A stretch of DNA of 64,000 nucleotides, taken from positions 22,324,848-22,388,847 of the forward strand of contig CM120643.1 in assembly GCA_051362555.1 (NCBI GenBank), read 5' to 3'. The notes under the pieces were generated by a model, which saw only the letters and a list, made by a program, of their open reading frames with translations, searched no databases and was not told where the DNA came from. The DNA is from Lingula anatina. Taxonomy: Eukaryota > Animalia > Brachiopoda. This document shows, piece by piece, positions 1 to 11,341 of this stretch. Within the stretch, counting starts at the first letter, position 1; each line of letters begins with the position of its first letter. The translations under genes and the position numbers were made by a program.

Positions 1-225
1 AAAACACAGCCAAATTTGTGCTGTTTTCACTTTCTTGTCATCACTTGGTACATCATCAAAGATATCTGGACTCTTAGGCCATTCTCGCTCTGGCTTCCAC
101 AGAAATTCTGCCCCTTTCAGCCACGTCTGGGTGGCACCTTCATTGGATTGGTCTAGGTAAACTCCAGGTGATGCATAATCTGCTACGTTTTCACCTGAGC
201 TTACATAATGCCACTTTGTCTTCTA
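1..225 (-). mobile_element. BEL/Pao LTR retrotransposon pol fragment (end of RNase H region)
   Basis: Minus-strand translation KWHYVSSGENVADYASPG...TWLKGAEFLWKPEREWP matches the Pao/BEL W-x-Y-V-x-S-x-E-N-P-A-D-x-A-S-R-G...W-L-x-G-P-x-F-L-W...W-P signature. Confidence 0.8.
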
Positions 226-616
226 AATTCTGTGGCCCTGATGAGCTACAAAGTGAACATTATATATGCTTCTTTCAATACATTCTGCCACTATCACTGT
301 GAGACTTACTGAAGACTGACTAAGACAGTGCCAGGTACCAAACATCTGAGACCTCAGAGGACACAGCCATGAGCTACTTCACCCAAGACCAGGATGGTCA
401 GTTTGCTGGTCAAGTGGCCCAAGTGACCAGAGAACAGCTGGACAGAAATGTCTCTGTTCAGATTTCACCTTTTGGTTATAGCTAGTATACCCACCCATGG
501 CACGAAGGTTTGAAAAAAGAAATTTATGTATTTGGCTTAATCTAGCTGTCAGATTGGCATTGGGATTGTATTGATTTATTTTGGTTAAATATAATAAGCT
601 GTCTTTTACATTTAAG

Positions 617-1226
617 AGTTCATACTGGACGTGAGCACCTCTACTGGGATCATGCTGGACCCTGTTTACACTGGGAAGGCAGTGAGAGGGCTGGTCAGGG
701 AGTTGACCACTCAGCCAGGCAGGTTCAAGGGAACAAGGATCCTGTTTCTTCATACTGGTTTGTATATTGCTACATATTCTTTCTATTGACAGAATATTTG
801 GAGCATAGCTGAATTAACTGTTTTTGGGGCTGCTAGGTTTGAATATGACTTACTTTTCTTTTAGCTTATGTGTATTAGTGTGCTTTTTGTGATAAGTTTT
901 ATTGCTGTTTCAGTGTTTATTTATATCATTGTGTATTCTCACTTCTGACACATATTCAAAATGCTGATCACAAAAGAATCAATCAAAAATGTGCAAAGCT
1001 TAAAAAAACTTTTGACATGAACATCAACAGCAATATGTGCCAAGATGTAACATAAAGATCTCTTTATTAAAAGAAAGTACCCAGCTTTACTTTGTTGCTT
1101 ACCAAAGAATTTCACCCAACAACTAATAAATTTCCAGGAGGCGTCTTTGGCTTATTTGATGGACGAATGGCTGGTACTTTGAAGGTTGATAAAAGAACAA
1201 GTAAAATCAAGCTGTGGAGATCCTGA
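617..1226 (+). CDS. Last two exons (617-757, 1138-1226) of a D-cysteine desulfhydrase / ACC deaminase-family PLP enzyme; 5' part outside the window or lost
   Basis: AG|...|GT exon encoding FILDVSTSTGIMLDPVYTGKAVRGLVRELTTQPGRFKGTRILFLHT, phase-1 intron, then GGVFGLFDGRM...WRS*. LDPVYTGKA and FxHTGG are the family's C-terminal motifs. Confidence 0.85.
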
Positions 1227-2629
1227 CGGAGGTCTAGAGAAGATGCCATATTGGTATTGAAACGAGAAGTTTGGCAGTTGGACAAGTAGGAAAAATTATC
1301 ATTCCAGGCATTATTTGCATTCTTATGGTGTTATAGATATATACAGGCAAAAGATTTGTCTGATTTTTACCAGAATTGTATTTCAAAATTCAGTGCATGG
1401 TTTATGTTTCTGATTGCAAAGAAATGGTACAAACAGTGAAGCCATTTTTATGGCTATATGTCCAAAAAAAATGTTATATTGATCATGTTAGCAGGTATCT
1501 GTCATAGACATTGTCTACTTCTGGAAGTTATGTATTTATGCTTCAAAAAAGGTAAAAACCCTTGTATCCTATTGCTTAAGATTGAATTAAGTTTGAGATA
1601 TAATTTTGTTTAATACTTCTGATTTAGCTAAAACAAAATGTATGCCTACTTCGTTGCATGTTAATGCAACGTCAGCCTTGCCATCCCATCTTACAGTGCC
1701 TAAAAGAAAAGGGAGTATCACAAATACGAGAGAAAACTGATCAGTTTTTCTGCAGTTTTCTTTTTTTCTTATTTCAAAAGTACATTGTCTAAAAGAAATG
1801 GGAATATCACAAATAGGAGAGAAAACTGATTAGTTTTTCTGCAGTTTTTTTTTCTTATTACAAAAGTTTTTATTTAGTTTTAATATAATAGATGCTTGAA
1901 TGGGTGTAGGTTTCCTGAATGTGAACCAAAGGCTAGGTTGCTTGCAGGCACATGTTGTGCAGTCACCTCAACATGATAAGTTGCTGCTGTTTATACACAC
2001 TAAAGGTGTATGGGTACTGGAACTGTTTCACGTACATGTTGCAGCAATGTTTTTTTCTGCTTGAGTTTTGAATTGATCATTAAGAGTTCTTTCTCTCTAT
2101 CTCTTGGGGCCATTGGCCTCATATCTTTCTGCTCATCGACCTGTGACACAAAATTTTCTCCCACTAATTCTCCAACATTCATCATTTTCACATTTCCACT
2201 ATCCATAAGCCGACCTGCAACATGAAGTAAGGGATCCAAAATCCGGCCGGTCAATTCGTCCCATTCTAGTTTACCAAATTTCTTACACCAGGAAGGGGAT
2301 TCTTAATCCTGCAAAGCCAAGGCAATCAAAACACTGTCGAAAAAAAAGTCCAGGACTGTATTTGGATCATTTCGGGTCTATTAATATACTTTTTGCATTT
2401 TTTTTTTTTTTGGTTTATTGCACTCATTGACCCCAATTTAAGAAATGTTGCACATATGCAACGCTGGGCTTTAGTGATAACAAAGGATACATGTTTCAGA
2501 CATTTATTGACCTAAAATATGTTCCTAAAACACAATTCACAACACAACTAAACTAAGTTTTTACAGATTTATGGTTTCCATCGATTCATAAAATGAATTA
2601 AAAACAACTGAGCAGTTCTATGTCTCCAA

Positions 2630-2751
2630 GTTTTACCTTCAAATCACCAATCACAAGAGATTCAAATTGCGAATTGGACTGTACTTTACTTATAGAAACA
2701 TCTATCTGTAGCAATATAAAACAATCTCGACTATCACAATACATCATCACA
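2630..2751 (-). mobile_element. Degenerate piece of the Gypsy LTR seen at 25502 and 26223
   Basis: Shares ttttacct...ccaatcac...ggactgtactttacttataga.acatcta...gcaatataaa...acatc.tcaca with the intact LTRs. Confidence 0.7.
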
Positions 2752-2948
2752 CCTCTTTTATACCACTAACACTTCCTAAATTCTTACTTCTGTGATGTCT
2801 GCTGTGTGAAATAAACTACACACTCCAAGTGGCACTGCCTATTATTGAGTGGATTGTACTAAGAGCAGGGGTGTAAGGTGTCTGTCCTTTATACTTGGAG
2901 AGAGTCCCTCTCCCTCCTCTCAGCCCAGCGGAGATCCCTGTCTCTCTG

Positions 2949-4799
2949 CAGGGTTCTGCCAAGGTCTCAAAAAAGGGGGGAGAATTCTCCCCTCCGAGCT
3001 AAAAAGTTGGGGAGATTTTGAGAAATAGTGGGAGATCAGGAAAAATGATATTTTACGTAAAAACATACACTGCTAGTCTGTATTGGTATTTTATTAAAGT
3101 TCACAAACTGAACTGATTCAACTTTGGAAGTGATTTTACATAGACTGTATGTATATACAGTTGCAAATGATTTTTTTTATAAAAACTTTCACTTTAAGGC
3201 TACGAGCCAACAATGATACACTGCTAATCTGTACTGTCCATAGCATATGCCTCATTATCATAGCGGAGTCAAGAATAATCTCTTAACCAATCGTGTTGAA
3301 ATTTCTGTGGCACTACTTTTGGTTTCTTTCTTTCTTTCAGGCCCTTCGATGGTATTTGGTCTGCAGACCTAAAATTAAAAAAAAGTTAAATTTTCTCCTA
3401 CTTACAAACTTATAATTTCTGCAACCAGACACCACAATCCAAAATAATTTTTAGGTTTTGATGATTAATCATGACTTAATTAACACTTTTATCAGGAAAA
3501 ATTGTGTTTGGGTGTTATTGTTTGGGAAGGACATTTTAATCTTTGATTTATCGTTTTCACAATATTGACTACTTTTTAAGATAAAGGCTAAAGCAAAAAA
3601 AATATAGGTAACACATTTGGTTGAGTGCATTCTATGAAAATATCCTTGATTAGAAGGCCCTACCTTTTTTTTCAAATTAGTATTCTCACACATTTATACA
3701 TATCAGAAAAACTCAAACAGGAATAAACATATCAGAAACAGGTCTCCTTACTTCTTCACTGAAGTTAAACATTTCCTTTTTTTCAACTTTTTATTCTCTC
3801 ACACACACACACACACATATATATACATTATAGAGAGATAGGAATAAACATATCAAAAACGGGCCTCCTAACTTTTTAAACTTCTTTTTCATATTATCAT
3901 ACTCACATAGGAGGAATAAACATATCAAAAACGGGCCTCAGCTTCTTTTTCATATTATCATACTCACGTAGGAGGAATAAACATATCAGAAACGGGACCC
4001 GTCATTTTTTAACGTTTTTTTTTTTAACTTTCATACTCACATGTAGAGGAATAATCGTATCAAAAACGGGTCTATTACCTTTTTTTACTTTCTTTCACAT
4101 TTTCAATTGAAGTGTCAAGTGTCCTTCCAAAACGTAAAATAAAAATGCCACGGAATGACCATACCTTTATCGTCGACGAACTGTCAGTTTCATCTGGAGA
4201 AATTTGTTTCTTCCTTTTCTCAGACTTGTCAGGCGGAGAGACGGATTTACCTGACTTTGGCATAAAACTAAAAATAGATCTCTGTTTCTTAACTTTCACT
4301 TTCGGCGAGGAAGCCGCCATTTTAACCACGCTTCACCAGGCTGAATATCTGTCGCGCGAAATGAGAGAACCAATAAAACCGCTCACAGATTCGTGTGCTA
4401 CTTTAGGCCGAGTGCAGCGGAGTCACCCGAGGATTGCCGATTGGACTGTAGTCATGAAGGGGTACTATTGATATTACGACAACAAATGACGACGCTGCTT
4501 GAAACGATCTCTTACGAGGGTACACATGCAGTAAAACATCGTCGCAATATGACGACGTTACAGACACTGTGTTAACAAGTCAATGCAGCGGACGATGCGA
4601 AGAAATTTATACCGGTGATGATTATTTAGATAAACAATTTTAGACGCCACTCTCATTGTGTCTTTTATCATCTCAAGAACAATGATAGCACCCTCACTCG
4701 GTTTGTATGCGAGAATTTTCGCATCTTTGGTAATTTTTGTGCGAGAATTTTATTTTTTTGGCGAGAATCTCGCAGAATCGCGGCCTCGGCAGAACCCTG
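2949..4799 (-). mobile_element. Internally deleted hAT-like DNA transposon (TTF/ZNF862-type transposase 5' exons), 7-bp TSD
   Basis: TIRs CAGGGTTCTGCC(A/G)AGG at both ends; ctctctg duplicated at 2942-2948 and 4800-4806; minus-strand exons MAASSPKVK... and FQHDWLRDYS*LRYDNE (start of TTF zinc finger); internal ggaataaacatatca.aaac repeats at about 3720-4070. Confidence 0.75.
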
Positions 4800-4819
4800 C
4801 TCTCTGCCTCTACTTGCCA

Positions 4820-5595
4820 CTGTTGGTTTGCATTTTGGACAAGCCCCAGTATCATTCGGCATCTTACTCCTGTATGGGAGACTTCATCACCAAAGACAAC
4901 TTTGGCAATGCTGCGAGGAATGCAGTTACGATCTGCAGCAACAGCAACAGGGTAGAGATGTTGAGGGACGGAGTTTGGGCGCAGATTAAGTGCCTCACTG
5001 TCAACAAAGTCTGAAACTTCAAGCACGGTCTTTGGCCAAACTTGTGGAATGGGAAAATCTGAGATTTTGGTTCTATTTAACAAAGTTGTTCCTACTCCTT
5101 GTAGGTGCCACATTCAGACATTCCATGGGACAGATTGTCAAAATAGGCACGTCGTGCCTGCGGCGCCTCAGGTGTCTCTGGTTGATCATGACTGGTTTCC
5201 TGCCGAGGTGATGTGGCTGGCTCAGGTGCAGGATGGGAAGAGCAAGGCACATCTGTTGTTCTGGCTTTCAATTTTACTATGTCCCACTCGATACCAGAAC
5301 TGCAGTATTCAGGCTTGTTTATCAAGCATGAGTGACAGAAGCATGACAGTCTCCTTGTGGCTAGAACATTTTCTTGAATGCTCTTAATACTGTGGAGCTT
5401 CCTGGTCCCGGGCAGAGTCTTTAAGGACGCTGATGATATTGTATGGTCAACATCCCCTGAGTTGATAATTCTAAAAGACTGTCTTGTATGGCAACAGCCG
5501 TGGTTCTGCTCCACGGTTAGAGTGTAATTCTCTGTGCAATGTGTGTACATATCACTGGTACTCTGTATAATTGTACCTGTGAGAAATTTTGCCAT
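4820..5595 (-). mobile_element. Sola2-like transposase C-terminus followed by a vertnin-like OTU domain (frameshifted fragment)
   Basis: IIQSTSDMY...LPGTRKLHSI...RRLSCFCHSC (Sola2-type C-terminal motif), then VDSEALNL...YPVAVAADRNCIPRS...FGDE..HTGVRCR (OTU D-G-N-C-like motif as in vertnin). Confidence 0.6.
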
Positions 5596-5596
5596 A

Positions 5597-5970
5597 TTAT
5601 GATTTTTTGTAGTAAGACCACGTAAGGGATTGAAGAAGTAGGTCTTGCGGGTGGTCAAGGAAAATTTCTGTGCAATCTATGATACAACGGAGATTTTTGT
5701 ATTTTGGATAAAAAATTTGTGGAAGGTTGGAATGAATGAATTCTTTAGGAGGATAAAAAATGAATGGTTTCAAACAAAAAGATAGCACTTAAATCCAAAC
5801 ATTGAGGGTTTTAGAACACACTGAGGGACTAATTTTAACATGGTCTGCCAAATCTTGGGAAAGGAGGGCAAGTTGTACTTTCATTAAAACTAACAAAAAC
5901 TCGTCTTTTAATTGAATTTTTCTTTTGGGGCCATGTTTCTTGGGTGAAATTCCAAACTTGTCAGGCTTTA
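5597..5970 (-). mobile_element. ISL2EU/Harbinger DDE transposase fragment (HTH_Tnp_4 plus start of DDE_Tnp_4)
   Basis: GPKRKIQLKDEFLLVLMKV...QDLADH...WI / RCIIDCTEIFLDHP...QSLTWSYYK. Confidence 0.85.
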
Positions 5971-7718
5971 AAGTAAGCAAAGTGATTTTAACTCAAAGTT
6001 GCTCAAAACAATATTATTAATGATAACATTGTCAATGTTAAGATATTCAAATCGTATTATAGTCCATCTTTCATCCGTGCAACAAAGTAAATTTCATCTG
6101 CCAATACCAATGACTACCGAGTTCATGATCCTCTGATGAAACCTTTTGTAACAGAAGATAGAATGTTCTCCAAAGTGAAACAAAGTCAACAAAGAATTCA
6201 GAATCTCAGGCTTAGGCTTAGGCTCCATACCATTTCCATAACTGTATATTTTAACAAAATTAATGTCCTCAGAACATTTATCTGGTAATATTACTAGTCC
6301 GTCACTTAATACATATTTCATCAGTTACCATATATTTCTCATATTTAATGTCAATATCAGGAAATACAAAAATCCATTCACCAACTGGATCCACAGTTTT
6401 TCCTCGAATTCACCAGTTCCACATGAATGAACATCACCATGACGTTTACGTTAAAGCGAATTGTCCTTTTCTATCGATCTGCAATACCAACACACCAATC
6501 CTGGAGTCATATACCATGGCAAATGAACAGATTTCATATGACATCCAAGATGTCTTTTCAAGTTAGTACTGGACACCAGACACAATCCACACTGAACTTC
6601 TTTCCTCTGTTTCTTCCTGCACTTTGAGTGGGTAGCTTCCTCCCCCTCTTCACCAATTAGGACAGTAGGATCTTCCACCATATCTTTGTCATCATAATCA
6701 GGGACAAAATAGGCTTCATCTAGCATGTCTAAATCATCCATATCTGAAATAAACTTATACAATGGTTTATTTTCTGGAATAAAAATGACATGATAATGAT
6801 CTTTTATTTCAAATGAAAGTTAACAGTATTACGTTAATAACATAGTATTACATCACTAACATAGTATTACAGCCTTGCCGCATTTACTATGTACACCTAT
6901 TATTCAAACATAAACTAATTCAAATTACTTTTATAATAAATTTCTATGGAATATTTTATCATGAACCTAGCTCTGCTACCATTATACAATAAGAAAAGAA
7001 TTGTTACCTCAACAATTCCTAATCCGACTACATGCAAAACTATAATCTAAAAAATATGAAAGTAGGTGTTCATTGCATCTGATCAACAACAAAATTCAAA
7101 CAGATATTTAGAAAACATATACCAACTTGGACTGTTGATTTGATCAAGTTACCTGAAATATAATATGAAGTACAAACTATCAGATACTTTATGAATATCT
7201 CTTTATTTTGTCATATGTCTCTCTTAATAATTGTTAAGTTTATGTCTTAAATAATAGATTAGTTTAAGGCATTCTTACTTTGGTTTTTTATTTTCATATT
7301 GTTCCAGGTTCTCTATTATCCAGTCATAGCCTTTTTCAACCAGTATTCCCTCTTTCCACATTTTTCCAAGATATATCAAAGTTTTTGACTCCCATAACGC
7401 AGTCACTTCCAAATTTCTTATGGCATAATAATATAAAGTTTCTGGATTTTCAATCCATTCTCTAGACCATGGAAATTCTTTCTTCTTTTAATATTTGCAA
7501 CATATTGGTTTCATTCATAATCTAAATAAAAATACAAATAATTAAATTCCTTTTATTTTAGCACTGCCGAAAATTAAAGGAAGTATTAATATACAACTAT
7601 ATCTTAACTAATTAACAACATATACATCAACATAATCATTCTAAGGTAAAATCTCTTAAATGAGATGGCATCTTAATTTGTCTACCAAATCTTGATCTTT
7701 TTACAATTGGTTCCACCA
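5971..7718 (-). mobile_element. 3' internal region of a Gypsy element (copy A) carrying two accessory ORFs
   Basis: Colinear with 26850-28718, which lies between the Gypsy integrase and the PPT/3' LTR; includes zinc-finger ORF 6094-6773 and ORF 7263-7521. Confidence 0.85.
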
Positions 7719-8965
7719 GCTGTGATAGTAGTAACATCCGTACTATAAGTAACAAAAGAATTTCATTTTTTTCTATTGTTATGTCATTTGAACAATGGAA
7801 AACCTATAGCGAACAATGGGGGATGTTTACAAAATAAACAAACAATTTTTTAAGTAAACAAACAAGACTCCCTATTTTTGTTTACGTTTTACTATGGTAA
7901 CGGATGACGTCACAGAACGGGCCTGGGCTTGATATTAAAACAGTAGGAGATTTTAAAGAATTACTAAGGATAAAGGGCATAATATAGTGACAAACAAGTA
8001 TAGTTGTAAATAAAAACATGATTTTATTAAAATCTTCCAGCATTGTAAGAAGTTGATTATAGTGATTTAACAGTTGTATGTACACATTAAAACAATGGAC
8101 ATAAATGTCTATTTTACTGAAAGATAATAATTATGATACATAATTGCATTACAAGTTGATTATAGTGAATTAACAGTTGTATATACAGATTAAAACACCA
8201 AAACAATGTATGTACAACAAAATGAAAGATGATAATTATATAAACAACACTACTCAGCAGTTTATGAAATTTAATAGCCGTATGGTAGTGTATCAAATTA
8301 GTCTTGCTGAATGACACGTTTAGTGTACACAACCCGGTAAACTTTATCCTCCCTTTTAGAGAGCAGTTCTTTATTCAGAGTGTCTCTCACAATTTTATGG
8401 TGTGTAGTGGTTGACACCTCTTTCGGACCTATACCGTGTACCATGTTACGCAAAGTCTCATAGTTCACTATTTGGGAGGTTTCATAATTCAGTGAAATAC
8501 CCCTCACTTTACAAATTGTCTTTCCCTTTGCGGTAACGTATGCGTAGTTTTTAGGGCCGCCCGACACGAAGGTGGTGATGTGGTCCCCCTCATCCAACTC
8601 GTCGGTGAAGTCGCCGAAGTAGCTACCCATGATGGTATTCAGGTAGGCGTTGGTTTGTGCACTGCCATCGTCCAGGAAGATGATTGAGTCCGTGTCAAAG
8701 TAAAGAACGTTTCGATCCAGGACCTCTATGGCGCTGTAAAGAACCATACGAGCGTGGGCGGTGGTGTACGCGGCTATGACGACGTTGGTCTTATCGGAGC
8801 ATTCATTAAACTCAGATTGGTGTTTGTAGTGTACCTCCACCATATCATCGGTTAAAAACATCACGTTGGTGACATCGATGGATTTGTTCAACAGCAGCGC
8901 AAAGTACTCGTCCACCTCGGTGACGTATTCGGACTGTGTCATGTTCATTCATTGACCGAATTTGC

Positions 8966-9231
8966 CTGAAATAACAAAAATAAAAAATAATAACATAACT
9001 ATGATAGTAAGGATAGTGAAAATGCACGAATGAGAAGTACTGTAATATTGTATGATGTGAATAAACAATGTGTAAACATAATAACGCATCAAGGACAGAT
9101 GTAATATGCAAATGTACGTACTTTGTTATTACTGATATTTACAGTGAGTGGTAAATACAAATATTGGAATCTTGCGTGAACCGCCGACATAGTGTATGTA
9201 ATAAATGAATGCTAACTCTGTTTATACGTAC
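8966..9231 (-). other. GT-AG spliceosomal intron (266 bp) within pPolB motif B
   Basis: TGG G|GTACGT...TTATTTTTTATTTTTGTTATTTCAG|GC AAA TTC GGT CAA; removal restores NSFWGKFGQ in frame. Confidence 0.85.
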
Positions 9232-10032
9232 CCCAAAAACTGTTAAGCATCAGTTTAGACAAAGCTTTAAGACCTGGGTTCTTCTTAATTTGTCTAGGGT
9301 CTAGTCGAATGCCCTCTTTGGTGAAGTAGGAAGCAATGTAGTCTCTTTTCAGCTGTGGTGTCGTGCAATCTGGTGGGTGGCCGCTGGCCTCTTGTTTGAG
9401 CTTGAGAAATGTATTGATATAGTCAGAGAAAAGACCCCCCGTTTTTGTGATTGGGTTGTATTCGCTAACATGATCATAATGCCAGACCTCGTGCATTTGT
9501 TTAATCACATAGCCCTTGGAAACAGCCTTTTTTAACTCGACCGTAACCCATGTACCTGTCATACAACGCTCTTCGTCACTATGCTCACACCGCGTCTGCT
9601 GCAGTGTGTCAGCGCATGTGCGACAAAGAGGAAATGTTAGTTTCCCTTGTGATCTATAGGGAAGGACAGGATGATAAAGGCCGCGAGGAGGAAGAATAGT
9701 ACATTTGACTAAACCTTCATACTCGCTAAGAGGACCAAAGTTTTCGGTTATGATGGTGGGGTGACAGAGGGGGTATGGTTTCTATTTGTTGACATAGGGA
9801 TATAGACTACACACGTCAATGTAACGTATTTTCTGTCCCTGATCTGCCTGACAAAAAAGCTTGACTGCGTTTGTCCTGCCCCCGTAAAAGGCTTCACGAG
9901 GATCAATACAATCGACAACGTTCACGCTATCCACTATTTCTTTCACGCCAGCATCCTCCCGTATGACCCTGTCAAACTCACACTCCCATACCTCTATGTA
10001 GTTGAAACCTAAAGATTGAAGCGCATGCTTCT

Positions 10033-11341
10033 CAGTGTTCTCAATAATTTTTTTTAAATCCGAGTCCATGGGACTCACATGTTTGACAAAATGTGAGTCC
10101 CATGTAAATTTTCCGAGTCCTTCTCTTGAAGAAGAAAAAAAAATAAGTACCATTTAGAATTGCACAAATGTGTTTATTGAAATACATGTAACAGGTCAAA
10201 ATTATGTAAAAATATAGCAAAATAAAAATATAACATCTTACAAAACATCTTTTTAAAAATAAAATTCTGCAGACTCATTGTACCAGGACTAGTCTACTAG
10301 AGAACGAAACTCAGTAAGTTTCTGTCAAATAAAACCAGTACTTTTCTGTTTTAGAAATAGAAAAGAGAAAGAAGTTCTGGCTTTTCCACCTACAACAGTC
10401 TGGACATAAATAATCAATTTTTTGAAAATTGCAATGTCGCAACTTTCATCCACTTGAATGCCTATGTATTTACTTTTCTCTATGGCATTTTTCATGTCAT
10501 CCTCAATAGTATCTGACAGACACTGAACCATTTCATTTACCACTCCAGCTGACGTATAGTGTCCCTTCATTGACTGAAGTAGGCAAAGGTCCGGGTAGAG
10601 ATTTAGAGCCAAGTTATGAGATACCAAAAAGTACACAGTTTTCATCTGATGACCGAGGTTGTCATCTGTTTTTTGTTCCGCTGTGGATATAGCCCGCTGT
10701 AGAGCTGACTGGCCCTTAAGAGTAGAAGCCGCTTGCTTATGTTGTTCGGACTGCACGTGTCGAACAAGTGTAGATCTCTGGTAATCACTGCATCCCGGAT
10801 CAGTTGTAAAAACGTTACTCTTCTTGGCACGTTTACAAATGGAGCAAAACATAAAGTTGTCCGTGACATAAAGCCAGTCTTTAAAACTGGGATCTTCCAG
10901 CCAGGTTTTGTTGAAAGTCCGGATCTTTTTTTAGCATGGGACTGCGCCATTTTGAGACATTACAACCACCTGCATTCGGCACACCTCGGGTCTTTTTCGT
11001 CAGGTATAACCTCGGCCGTAATGAGCGCCATTTTGCGTATTGCGTCATTCGGTAGATGGCGCACTAAGTGACGTGACAGGCCCAGCAAACTGCCAAACAC
11101 GGTGTGTTTTTGTAAATTAATACACTAGTTTCACCAATCACATCACTCATTCTGTATAATTTCCGTGGTCACTAAGATAATCATCCCTTTCAGTTGTTTT
11201 TTTTATCTCTCCCACTAATCACCCGCCTAAACAGGACCGCATTTTTTTTCGTCCCTGGGACGAAAGGGTGTTGATTATTTTACGTCCTTTTTAATTTCAT
11301 TGCGTTTTTTACATATTGGGACGCCGTAAATAAGAACACTG
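10033..11341 (-). mobile_element. Internally deleted hAT (ZNF862-like) transposon inserted in polB, 5-bp TSD
   Basis: TIR CAGTGTTCT; cttct duplicated at 10028-10032 and 11342-11346; excision restores polB frame VDKKHALQ; encodes MFCSIC...RHVQSEQH zinc finger and IGIQVDESCDI catalytic-D motif. Confidence 0.9.

Noticed and set aside
379-753. 124-aa minus-strand ORF
   Set aside because: Antisense shadow of the + strand D-cysteine desulfhydrase-like exon; no motifs of its own.
1900-2300. Minus ORF MTGRILDP... with nearby Cys-rich stretch
   Set aside because: Probably another TE fragment, but no family motif could be recognised, so it is not called.
2861-2948. AAGAGCAGGGG|TGTAAG resembling a + strand PPT and LTR start (would break the strand bias)
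   Set aside because: No second LTR copy or coding support in the window.
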